Shown: one piece after another, positions 38,523 to 53,302 of the stretch | Layout of the letters: each line of letters starts with the position of its first letter | Position numbering within the stretch: position 1 is the stretch's first letter | Assembly: GCA_964016885.1 (NCBI GenBank) | Contig: OZ024741.1 | Coordinates: forward strand, 379,812,001-379,876,000 | Direction: 5' to 3' | DNA length: 64,000 nucleotides | Source of the DNA: Eledone cirrhosa | Lineage: Eukaryota | Translations under genes and position numbers: made by a program | Notes under the pieces: model-generated | Databases searched by the model: none | What the model saw: the letters and a program-made list of their open reading frames with translations, nothing else | Told to the model about the DNA's origin: nothing

Positions 38523-39429
38523 TATGAACTAACTCTGCACTAACATCTAACTTCCGTTGTTATTGTTCAAACACACGTACGTGTGTGTGGGGGGGAGGGG
38601 TGTACTTTTTGTGCTTCTCCAATTGCTAGAACTGTTCAATCCGTTTAATTAACCATGATGAAAAAGCAGACTACGTTACGCAACTCATTCACCATTGAGG
38701 TTGAATCCGGTGGCTGAACAAGGAACGGAGTTAAATATTGATGTGATTAAAAATACACTATATCTTTCAATGATCTGGCTACGTATGATCCTGTTGACAT
38801 CATTATTTGCGGATTGCATATTTAGTTTATATATAAAGGAATTGCAGCAAACACAAACTGGGAATAGAGAAAATATTTGAATCGGAGATTGCTTGTGAAA
38901 TATATGTTATTTGTACTGCAATATTTGGAGCTGGTCTGCAGCAACAATAACACCTCTATTCCGTGTTTATGATTACCATAATTCCTTTATTGATTAACAA
39001 ATTATGCTAAAACGTAGCATGTTATATCTACTCTATATTTATTTGCAAACAGAATATAAATACTTCTGACAGGCTTCAATCTGAAACCGTTTGAATTTTA
39101 TAAAATTCATTATAAAATAAATAACAATTATAGCCGCTAGAAAGATAATGAGGTACGCTCTAAAACGGTAAAAGCAAACTGGGATGAAATATCATTTTAT
39201 TAATTGATTGTGTATATTACGAAAATGTGTTTCCTCTACAGATAATTAAAGATTTAAAAATACTTCAGGCATGAAGATATTATGTATTCCCAATATTTGC
39301 ACATCTCAGTTTACTGAACGTATTTTATTTTATTCGAGTGCAAACGGCATTATTCATTAAAAAACAAAAAAATCCAGACATATTTTATCGTAGAGATCAA
39401 AATCTAAACTAGTCTCAAAATCTGCATAA

Positions 39430-39869
39430 CATCATAATTATCATTTTCATGATAATCGACATTGCTTTCATCATCAGCAGCAACAACATCCATCGGCATT
39501 ATCATCATCATCATTATCACCAACGGAACCAACATCAACATTATCACCACTACGACGATTAACAGTATCATTATAATCCTCAATTAACAGTATCAATATA
39601 ATCCTCATCATCAAAATCAGCATCATAATCATCATCATAATCGTCGTCGTAATCATCATCATCACCATCATCACGATCATTAACGTCATATTTATCATCA
39701 GCAAACTACATTCTTCGATGAAACTTTCTGCACTCGTTGCCATGTTTACATGTCTAAACATCACAAAAATGTTCCATTCCCAATCCAAAACCTGATGAAT
39801 ACATACAATATCATTCATTGATGATATTAACCCAGTTGTATACCATCATCACTCTCTCTCTCTCTTTCG

Positions 39870-39947
<78 letters not shown>

Positions 39948-39986
39948 CTATCTTCATTTATTTATCTATCCTTCTTTCTTTGCTTC

Positions 39987-40039
<53 letters not shown>

Positions 40040-40050
40040 CGCTCGCTCGC
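39430..40050. repeat. Low-complexity (CAT)n-like tract followed by (CT)n/(TA)n microsatellites
   Basis: Direct inspection. Confidence 0.85.
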
Positions 40051-40414
40051 TCTTTCATTCCTCTATCCAGGTTCGCAATTTCTCTTCTTTCATGTTTTAT
40101 GTTAAACAGGTTTTTTAAATATATACATACTACACATAGAGGCACAAGCACCCACAATTACATTCATATTTAACAGTTACATACTCACAGCTTGATACCT
40201 AGTACACATAACAGGCATGCTTCGATACGTTATGTTGCCTTCAAAGAGTAAGATTTTCAGATTCAAATTAAAAAAGCAAAACAAACGTTACTTTGGATAG
40301 CCATAGGATATAGACGTTGAAAGTAGTTTGGTTCTTTACGAAAAGAGAATAACATTGCTTGTTGTAGTGTTACGATTTTTACTACTACGACCACTAGCAT
40401 TAATGCAATAATAA

Positions 40415-40632
40415 TGGTTTCTTATATAAGCACAAGGCCAGCATTTTTTTTTTTGGGGGGGGGGTGAGTCGATTAATCGACCCCAGTGCATTATTGGTGC
40501 TTTATTTTATCGACATTGTAAGGAAGAAAGGCAAAGTTAACCTCGGCGAGATTTGAACTCAGAACGTAAAGAGCCATAACCATATTGCAAAGCATGGCGT
40601 CTGACCTTCTACCGATACTGCCTATCCGTCGA
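40415..40632 (-). mobile_element. SINE family 1 copy
   Basis: Reverse complement of TTCTGAGTTCAAATCTCGCCGAGGTTAACTTTGCC..GTCGATAAAAT..CACTGGGGTCGATTAATCGAC. Confidence 0.78.
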
Positions 40633-40659
40633 CCTAACTAATCCAATAATAATAACATT

Positions 40660-40820
40660 GTCTTCAATCAGCACATGGCCAGCAATTTTCTGGGGATGGA
40701 AAAGTCGATTAAATCGATCCCAGTGCATTACTGGTGCTTTGTTTTATCGACCCTTTAAGGATGAAAGGCTAAGGTAACCTGAGCGGGATTTGAACTCAGA
40801 AGGTAAAAGTGACGTAACTG
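40660..40820 (-). mobile_element. SINE family 1 copy
   Basis: Same motifs as the adjacent copy. Confidence 0.75.
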
Positions 40821-40905
40821 CTACGTCTGTTTTTAGTAATGTTACTCTTACTATCAATATCAATATCTAAAACAGGTCAACTGCCTAAAATTTACCTTAT
40901 ATGTA

Positions 40906-40940
40906 CTAGCAGAAAAACCACCCTTCGGGTGGTTTTCTGC
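40906..40940 (-). other. Helitron-like 3' terminus (hairpin + CTAG)
   Basis: Minus: GCAGAAAACCACCCGAAGGGTGGTTTTTCTG-CTAG|T; matching 5' TC end not located. Confidence 0.4.
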
Positions 40941-41314
40941 TTGCATTTATAGTGTGTGTATATTGATATTATACGCAGGTATATATACATGTCAGATATG
41001 ATACATCAAATAAAATCATAATTAACAATATATAATATATAGAAATTGAACTAAGACTGCGTTATAGTCTTATCTAATCAGTAACGTAATCCATGATACA
41101 TTAAAAAAGACGATATTATATATAAACTGCATTAGAAGAAAATTAGTGACAGAAAATTAGTATGTTTATTTTAGCTCTGGCCAATCGGAAGTGTTATCAT
41201 TTCAGAAATTAAAAAAAAGGGAATTTTAAATAAACAAAATATATTTAATCAACAGCCACGAAATTTAGTAGATAAATTATGTAATATTCATTCATTATTT
41301 ATTCAATGTAAAAG

Positions 41315-41490
41315 AGCGGTGAATTGGCAGTATCGGTTGAGGGTCGGACGCCTTGCTTTGACGCATAGAGCTACGGCCCTTGCCATTCTGAGTCAAATCC
41401 CGCCGAGGTTAATTTTGCTTTTCATCCTTACATAAAGTACCGGTAATGTACTGGGTAATTGGTGACTTTGTGCCAATAGTAGAGACAATT
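41315..41490 (+). mobile_element. SINE family 1 copy, decayed
   Basis: GCGGTGAATTGGCAG...TTCTGAGTCAAATCCCGCCGAGGTTAATTTTGCTTTTCATCC..TAAAGTACC. Confidence 0.72.
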
Positions 41491-41725
41491 ATTTATTCAA
41501 TGTAATCCAAGTTATTTTACTAAGGGGATAAACAATTATAAATCGTACTCCTTACTTTATTATAGTTTAGATAATCCATTATCTTATAGTGCAATTCATT
41601 TTTCGGTATGAGGAATATAAAGGACAATCTTATTCTTGGTTTCGTTTGTAATAAATACAAGATAGATTGTCTGTCGTTACTGATTCTGCCAATGCCGTAC
41701 TTTACTGATACTATGAATGTTACGA

Positions 41726-41920
41726 GCAGTGGATGGGTTGATTTAGCAGAATCATCAGGTGCGTCAGACAAATGCTTTGCCTTATTTGTTCCACAGAGAT
41801 CAAATTTACCTTTCATCCTTCAGGGAGCGATAACATAAAGTACAGGTCAAAAAACAGGTTTAATGTATTCAGCTTTATTCCTACACCCAACATTTGCTGA
41901 CTTTGTGACTAAATTAGACA
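41726..41920 (+). mobile_element. SINE family 1 copy, highly decayed
   Basis: GCAGAATCATCAG..AAATGCTT..CCTTTCATCCTTCAGGG..TAAAGTAC. Confidence 0.55.
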
Positions 41921-42073
41921 TATTTTATGTTAACTTCAGTGGAGAGACATGATTGGTCTTGTTTCAAACATTCTGTCCTGTGGATCTTAGTCATGTCTTG
42001 TACATTAAAGTTCAAATGTTGACCGTTCCATGTTAATCTTTCGTGTTGTATGGGAGTTAACATATTAAACAAT

Positions 42074-42107
<34 letters not shown>

Positions 42108-45100
42108 GAGGTTAAGTAATATGCAACGAGTCTAGGAAGAAAATGACAGAAAAACGTTTTCGGGCGTAAAAGCTACATGTTCAACTCTTCACATAAAACC
42201 GATGTAGGAAAGTATTTTTGAAAATACAAAGCATCGCTATACGTGCATCAAATTAGAATTAAGTCTTTGATTTAGTTAACTGCATATTGCTACAAGTATC
42301 CGTCCACTAATATAAATACTACATACATTTGAATTGATAAACCTATGTTTAGATATCATATCTATTAGATTATTTAATAGTCAAATACGAAGGTAAGCTG
42401 TAATTTGCATAGGTTGACCAAGATACTCATGGAATGTACAAATGAAGTTTATCTTTCAACATTGTCCCCGGAAAGAAATAATGCAGATGATATTAAGAAG
42501 ATTTTAATGTATGCAAGATTTCACAGCCCTAGCATCACATCTTCATAGTCAGCCTATGAACTTCGTACCATAAAATGTTAACTATAAAATTCGAAGAAAA
42601 ATAACTGAATACGCTTTAATAGTTTTTGTTTTTTATTGTTTTGTTTTTCTCAGTCAACAGTGTGATTTCTTTTTTTGTTTTTCTTTTTTTGCTATGATAT
42701 TTTTTTCTGTAACTGATTGTAAGCGTATGCTGTAAATTAACATCAGTATTAAGGGAAGCAGAGGGCCAAATATGTAGATGTAGAGAGACAGAGGAAAAAG
42801 TATATTGCAGTATTCAGTAATGCTCATTTATACTCCTGATTCAAACTTTAAGTCTGTCGGCTGTTTTTTTGTTACATTACTTATCCCATTTAATATTAAT
42901 AGCATTTATATAACTGGAAGAGTGAACTAGCATGATAATGAGGTGAGGGTTACTGTCAATTGTCACCTAAAGAACATATACAGAAACAGTTTAACATTAA
43001 AGCCACACAATTATATAACGTATTTTTAAAGCATTTTCTCATTTAAAAAGGAGCCGCATGAAATCGTCCCTGGTTCGATCATGCAAATATGTTTATTTTA
43101 CAGTGTATATATGTATATATAAATGTGACATCATGATTTATATGAGAACATGTGTTATAACCAGCTAAATAATGTGAAATATACTTATTTTGCTTACGTT
43201 CGCAAATCTTTTCAAAGTTAAATAAAAGGCATTAGCATTATATTTAATTAGACTATCGTAATGAAATGGTTAAATAGATCACAGACACATATCATTCTAA
43301 TATCGTGAGTCAACCATATGTATATGGCTATAAACAAAGCAGAGGTTCCTCGTCAAATCAATGAACTACCAAATGTACTGCTACATATATAAAATGACAA
43401 CAGATATCTAATTCTTTTGGGTATGGGTTGTGATAATATAAAATACATAAGTATAGCCATTACCATCCCATGTTTCACTACTTGTAGTTACGGCAGAATA
43501 TTTTAAGAATGACGCCATCAATGTACAATCATATATGCTTTTATTTCCATTTAGATTGGAAGTTTTTTGTCAACCTTAAAAACACATGGCACAACCACTA
43601 AATCAGGAATCGACAAAAGTGTTGCTACACCTCAATTCTACATGCTAGACATAGTAACCAAAACATTTATAATAAATTCTTACCATCTAAATGTATGAAA
43701 ATGATACGTTAGTATGCATAATGAAAACAAAATTTCGCAATGTTACGATGCTTTGTTTTGTCATAGTTCTACTGCATTATGCTGATCCGTGATTAAACAT
43801 CTGCAATACACACAACAGCCACCACAACTTCATAATTTTACACTAAAATCTTAAAAGCATAAGAAGGAGGAAATCGGGAATATCAATATCAATGGCATAG
43901 AAACACAATTGCACGGAACTTAATGTCAATTTAATTACGTATTCATTTATGCTGAACAATATATGCTATTGATATCATTAAAGTAGGATTTCCTGTGTAT
44001 TTGGTATACCGTTGGTGCATATTTGTAGTTATGATATTAATGTTCTAGTTTGATATTTGCAGTTACCATATCATTTGTATAGATTGGTACTTATAATAAC
44101 GATATCAATGCTTATGAATAGTAATTCTATCGCTGCCATATCATATTACGATGATAGTAACGGTTATTAAAGTTACAGTGATGGAGATATCAGTAATGAG
44201 ATAAGAGCTGACGTCGAAGGCTATGATATTGATGCAAATAATGAGTATCAAAATGGTACTAAATATAACGATGGGGTTGGTTGTCGTAATGTTGGCATTG
44301 ATAGCAATCATTACGATCACGAATTATAGCCACGGTGATGGTGATGTTGATGTTGATGCTGATGATGATGACCTCAATAATCATCATGATTAGTATGAGC
44401 ATCATGTTGATGATTATGTTAGTGCTGCTGTTGCTGCTGATGTTGATGGTGACCATGACAACGGCTACTATACAGATGATTCTAATACTGATGCCGATGA
44501 TGATGCAAGTGATGATGGTGAGAAACAATGATGACGATCATGATCATGCTGACAATGATCATATAGAACACGCTGGAGAATTTAACAAAATCAAATATTT
44601 CACAAATGGTATCCCCAGATATTTACTTAGAGTGAAGTGAAGAACTTTGCAATAGAACAAACCCTCAAACACACACATAAATAACACAATAATGAGCAAC
44701 ATAGAATATAACGAATTGATCATGCAAATGATTCTTTCTGATGAATTATTTATTTATTTATTCATTTATTTATTTATTTATTTATTATACGTAAGTTCTG
44801 AACAATATCGAATCTAATTGATGATGAACTGGACGTATATAGTGGAGGACTGATTTACTGTCAAGACAGCGCAGACCATGAGTTAGCCAAGTTTACATAC
44901 AAGCCAGATTGATAATATTAAGAACAACAAGGAAAACCAAATATAATAAGAAGAAGACAAATAAAATCAACAACAACTTCATCAACAAATTTGGTTGTCA
45001 TTAACAACAACAACATTTATATTGATTCAAAATCAAGAGTAAAGTGGAACAGCAAGAAGAAGGACAAGAACAACAATTCACACAAACTACCAACAATATA

Positions 45101-45329
45101 ATCAAACAATTCAAAAATGCCAGACAGACATTCACTGTCTGTGTGGTAGATTGAGAATAACAGAAATTTCAATTATATGAAAAACTTGGAAGAAGAAGAA
45201 TGTATTTTTGTTTTTTCTCCCTTTTATTGAAAACTTCTACTAAGAGGACCGAATGGACTGTCCTTCGATAGAAGAGAACTAAACAGAAATAAATCAAACT
45301 AACTCTTAGAAAATCGTATACAAAGGTTT

Positions 45330-47235
<1,906 letters not shown>

Positions 47236-47760
47236 ATGAGTAGGTGCTGTAATTCTTCTGTGTTTCGGCAGCCAGACGCCAACATGTCTGCCCAATGTTG
47301 AGGAAATTGTTAGGACAACACTTGAAGAAGTAGTTAATGTGTAGGAGATGTAGCTGAAAGTTTCCAGGACGTGTAAGGATTTACTGACTATTCGACCAAT
47401 GAGGTTGATGCTCATACAGATGAATTGGCAAGTGGGACAACATGAGTGTGAGCACATGAATAATCCGGATTCGGTTCCAAAAGATAGTCGAGAGATACGG
47501 ATAAGTAGGTCATGGATTTTCCACGACATGTATAGATGAGAATTTTAGACGAGAGAAAATGTCGGGAATTGGCAGGATCATATATTTACAAGCCAGAATG
47601 CTTGTAGAAGAGTAAGTAACGAAGTAATATTGGAAATGATGTGTGAGGGGTACGGATATTTGGATGTTTGAATGTTTTGGTGTTGGCAGTCTGAATGAGC
47701 TACGTTAAGGTTTTGCCTTCTCTATGGGAGAAATTAGGCGATTGTCAGGCCTATCAAATG
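47236..47760 (-). mobile_element. Decayed Neptune-like PLE fragment (zinc-finger linker region)
   Basis: KIHDLLIRISRL...GLFMCSHSCCPTCQFI..LIG...ETFSYIS (cf. NL.D.LVRS.L..G...C...C.TC.FI...FTC.S). Confidence 0.5.
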
Positions 47761-48298
47761 AAGCAATCACGATGTCTCTAGTAGTCATCTGCTGATACCG
47801 AAATTGCGTGTTTGTTTGTCCATTCATTTAATTTAATTCGTATTCATCTTTTCTCATTTGAATTGTCAACTGTCACATTATGAAGGTCATGCTAATAGTT
47901 GTGCTGATGTCATTTGTGAGTAAAATTGACTCAAATATTATTTGTTATTAGAAACTTTTAATTAATAACTATGATTAACCTAACATTATTTTATTCGTTT
48001 TGTATACGTCATATCAAAAATAAAACATCGTATTATTAATCATGTCATTACCGAAGATTTCAAGAAACTAGATGATTCATGCAAGAACATCCATTTCAAT
48101 CATTAGACATAATAATTGTATTTTGGACGGAAATTTCGAAACTGATATCTATTTAAAATTGAAAATGTGTCTGAGTTAAAAGAGAGGAATATATAATAAC
48201 AGAGAAACATACAAATGCACATGCATATAGCTACATGTAAATATGTATATACACACATACATATATATTTATATATACATATATATACATATATATAC

Positions 48299-48361
<63 letters not shown>

Positions 48362-48669
48362 GTAATAAAATGAAAACGAAATTTCATTTCTCACTCTTAG
48401 TACGGCACTTACTCAAATGTAAGTATGTATGTACACGTACATACACATATGTATACAGACGTACAGTAGCATGCATATATATATATATATATATATATAC
48501 ATACACATATACACATACAGGTACACATACATATATGTACGTATCAGTTTAGCGGACGATTATTATAGCGCCCGCTTTGTTCGTTTGTAAACAAACTGAA
48601 CAGCCTGAATTTATGCCGCACGGTGTTAAAGCAACCACGTCACCATTTTGTTAAAACACTGACACAGGA

Positions 48670-48712
48670 ACGATGTACTAGTTTCAAGCTTGTTAGCTAT
48701 CATCAGCACCGT
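48670..48712 (-). ncRNA. Minimal type I hammerhead ribozyme (first of 28 copies in the array)
   Basis: Minus: ACGGTG-CTGATGA-t-AGCT-aaca-AGCT-t-GAAA-CTAG-TA-CATCGT; full catalytic core, GUA cleavage triplet, loopless palindromic stem III. Confidence 0.85.
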
Positions 48713-48786
48713 ATACCCTTCTGCCAGATGGTTGAACGTTCGAAAGTATATACTTTCCTTATGGAAATTAGCGGCTGAGCAGCCTA

Positions 48787-48794
48787 ATTTGCAT
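48787..48794. promoter_or_regulatory. Octamer motif ATTTGCAT (repeated in almost every monomer)
   Basis: Exact match; ~75 nt upstream of the HHR on the minus strand; function is inferred. Confidence 0.4.
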
Positions 48795-48950
48795 ATCGAG
48801 TGAGTTAAATCGGTCAGGCGCACCGAAAACGATGAGTTGTAATAAAATGAAAACGAAATTTCATTTCTCACTCTTAGTACGGCACTTACTCAAATGTAAG
48901 TATGTATGTACACGTACATACACATATGTATACAGACGTACAGTGGCATG

Positions 48951-48994
<44 letters not shown>

Positions 48995-49443
48995 CACATA
49001 TACACATACAGGTACACATACATATATGTACGTATCAGTTTAGCGGACGATTATTATAGCGCCCGCTTTGTTCGTTTGTAAACAAACTGAACAGCCTGAA
49101 TTTATGGCGCACGGTGTTAAGGCAAGCACGTCACCTTTTTGTTCAACACTGACACAGGAACTATGTACTAGTTTCAAGCTTGTTAGCTATCATCAGCACC
49201 GTATACCCTTCTGCCAGATGGTTGAACGTTCAAAAGTATATACTTTCCTTATGAAAATTAACGGCTGAGCAGCCTAATTTGCATATCGAGTGAGTTAAAT
49301 CGGACAGGCGCACGGAAAACGATGAGTTGTAATTACATAAAAACGAAATTTCATTTATCACTCTTAGTACGGCACTTAGTCAAATGTAAGTATGTATGTA
49401 CACGTACATACACATATGTATACAGACGTACAAAAGCATGCAC

Positions 49444-49474
<31 letters not shown>

Positions 49475-50388
49475 CACATATACACATACAGGTACACATA
49501 CATATATGTACGTATCAGTTTAGCGGACGATTATTATAGCGCCCGCTTTGTTCATTTGTAAACAAACTGAACAGCCTGAATTTATGCCGCACTGTGTTAA
49601 GGCAACCACGTCACCTTTTTGTTCAACACTGACACAGGAACGATGTACTAGTTTCAAGCTTGTTAGCTATCATTAGCACCGTATACCCTTCTGCCAGATG
49701 GTTGAACGTTCAAAAGTATATACTTTCCTTATGAAAATTAACGGCTGAGCAGCCTAATTTGCATATCGAGTGAGTTAAATCGGTCAGGCGCACCGAAAAC
49801 GATGAGTTTCAATAAAATGATAACAAAATTTCAATTTCTCACTCTTAATACGGCACTTACTCAAATGTAAGTATGTATGTACACGTACATACACATATGT
49901 ATACAGACGTACAGTAGCATGCACATATATATATATATACATACACATATACACATACAGGTACACATACATATATGTACGTATCAGTTTAGCGGACGCT
50001 TATTATAGCGCCCGCTTTGTTGGTTTGTAAACAAACTGAACAGTCTGAATTTATGCCGCACGTCGTTAAGGCAACCACGTCACCTTTTTGTTCAACACTG
50101 ACACAGGAACGATGTACTAGTTTCAAGCTTGTTAGCTATCGTCAGCACCGTATACCCTTCTGCCAGATGGTTGAACGTTCGAAAGTATATACTTTCTTAT
50201 GAAAATTAACGGCTGAGCAGCCTAATTTGCATATCGAGTGAGTTAAATCGGTCAGGCGCACCGAAAAAGATGAGTTGTAATAAAATGAAAACGAAATTTC
50301 ATTTCTCACTCTTAGTACAGCACTTACTCAAATGTAAGTATGTATGTACACGTACACACACATATGTATACAGACGTACAGTAGCATG

Positions 50389-50444
<56 letters not shown>

Positions 50445-53242
50445 CACATATACACATACAGGTACGCATACATATATGTACGTATCAGTTTAGCGGACGC
50501 TTATTATAGCGCCCGCTTTGTTCGTTTGTAAACAAACTGAACAGTCTGAATTTATGCCGCACGTCGTTAAGGCAACCACGTCACCTTTTTGTTCAACACT
50601 GACACAGGAACGATGTACTAGTTTCAAGCATGTTAGCTATCGTCAGCACCGTATACCCTTCTGCCAGATGGTTGAACGTTCGAAAGTATATACTTTCCTT
50701 ACGAAAATTAACGGCTGAGCAGCCTAATTTGCATATCGAGTGAGTTAAATCGGTCAGGCGCACCGAAAACGATGAGTTTCAATAAAATGAAAACGAAATT
50801 TCAACTTCTCACTCTTAGTACGGCACTTACTCAAATGTAAGTATGTATGTACACGTACATACACATATGTATACAGACGTACAGTAGCATGCACATATAT
50901 ATATATATATACATACACATATACACATACAGGTACACATACATATATGTACGTATCAGTTTAGCGGACGCTTATTATAGCGCCCGCTTTGTTCGTTTGT
51001 AAACAAACTGAACAGCCTGAATTTATGCCGCACGTTGTTAAGGCAACCACGTCACCTTTTTGTTCAACACTGACACAGGAACGATGTACTAGTTTCAAGC
51101 TTGTTAGCTATCATCAGCACCGTATACCCTTCTGCCAGATGGTTGAACGTTCAAAAGTATATACTTTCCTCATGAAAATTAACGGCTGAGCAGCCTAATT
51201 TGCATATCGAGTGAGCTAAATCGGTCAGGCGCACCGAAAACGATGAGTTTCAATAAAATGAAAACGAAATTTCAACTTCTCACTCTTAGTACGACACTTA
51301 CTCAAATGTAAGTATGTATGTACACGTACATACACATATGTATACAGACGTACAGTAGCATGCACATATATATATATATATATACATACACATATACACA
51401 TACAGGTACACATACATATATGTACGTATCAGTTTAGCGGACGCTTATTATAGCGCCCGCTTTGTTCGTTTGTAAACAAACTGAACAGCCTGAATTTATG
51501 CCGCACGGTGTTAAGGCAACCACGTCACCTTTTTGTTCAACACTGACACAGGAACGGTGTACTAGTTTCAAGCTTGTTAGCTATCATTAGCACCGTATAC
51601 CCTTCTGCCAGATAGTTGAACGTTCAAAAGTATATACTTTCCTTATGAAAATTAACGGCTGAGCAGCCTAATTTGTATATAGAGTGAGTTAAATCGGTCA
51701 GGCGCACCGAAAACGATGAGTTGTAATAAAATGAAAACGAAATTTCATTTCTCACTCTTAGTACGACACTTACTCAAATGTAAGTATGTATGTACACATA
51801 CATACACATATGTATACAGACGTACAGTAGCATGCACATATATATATATATACATACACATATACACATACAGGTACACATACATATATGTACGTATCAG
51901 TTTAGCGGACGCTTATTATAGCGCCCGCTTTGTTCGTTTGTAAACAAACTGAAGAGCCTGAATTTATGCCGCACGGTGTTAAGGCAACCACGTCACCTTT
52001 TTGTTCAACACTGACACAGGAACGATGTACTAGTTTCAATCTTGTTAGCTATCATCAGCACCGTATACCCTTCTGCAAGATGGTTGAACGTTCGAAAGTA
52101 TATACTTTCCTTATGAAAATTAACGGCTGAGCAGCCTAATTTGCATGTCGAGTTAGTTAAATCGGTCAGGCGCACCGAAAAAGATGAGTTGTAATAAAAT
52201 GAAAACGAAATTTCATTTCTCACTCTTGGTACAGCACTTACTCAAATGTAAGTATGTATGTACACGTACATACACATATGTATACAGACGTACAGTAGCA
52301 TGCACATATATATATATATATATACATACACATGTACACATACAGGTACACATACATATATGTACGTATCAGTTTAGCGGACGCTTATTATAGCGCCCGC
52401 TTTGTTCGTTTGTAAACAAACTGAACAGCCTGAATTTATGCCGCACGGTGTTAAGGCAACCACGTCACCTTTTTGTTCAACACTGACACAGGAACGGTGT
52501 ACTAGTTTCAAGCTTGTTAGCTATCATTAGCACCGTATACCCTTCTGCCAGATGGTTGAACGTTCAAAAGTATATACTTTCCTTATGAAAATTAACGGCT
52601 GAGCAGCCTAATTTGCATATCGAGTGAGTTAAATCGGTCAGGCGCACCGAAAACGATGAGTTTCAATAAAATGATAACAAAATTTCAATTTCTCACTCTT
52701 AATACGGCACTTACTCAAATGTAAGTATGTATGTACACGTACATACACATATGTATACAGACGTACAGTAGCATGCACATATATATATATATACATACAC
52801 ATATACACATACAGGTACACATACATATATGTACGTATCAGTTTAGCGGACGCTTATTATAGCGCCCGCTTTGTTGGTTTGTAAACAAACTGAACAGTCT
52901 GAATTTATGCCGCACGTCGTTAAGGCAACCACGTCACCTTTTTGTTCAACACTGACACAGGAACGATGTACTAGTTTCAAGCTTGTTAGCTATCGTCAGC
53001 ACCGTATACCCTTCTGCCAGATGGTTGAACGTTCGAAAGTATATACTTTCTTATGAAAATTAACGGCTGAGCAGCCTAATTTGCATATCGAGTGAGTTAA
53101 ATCGGTCAGGCGCACCGAAAAAGATGAGTTGTAATAAAATGAAAACGAAATTTCATTTCTCACTCTTAGTACAGCACTTACTCAAATGTAAGTATGTATG
53201 TACACGTACACACACATATGTATACAGACGTACAGTAGCATG

Positions 53243-53302
<60 letters not shown>

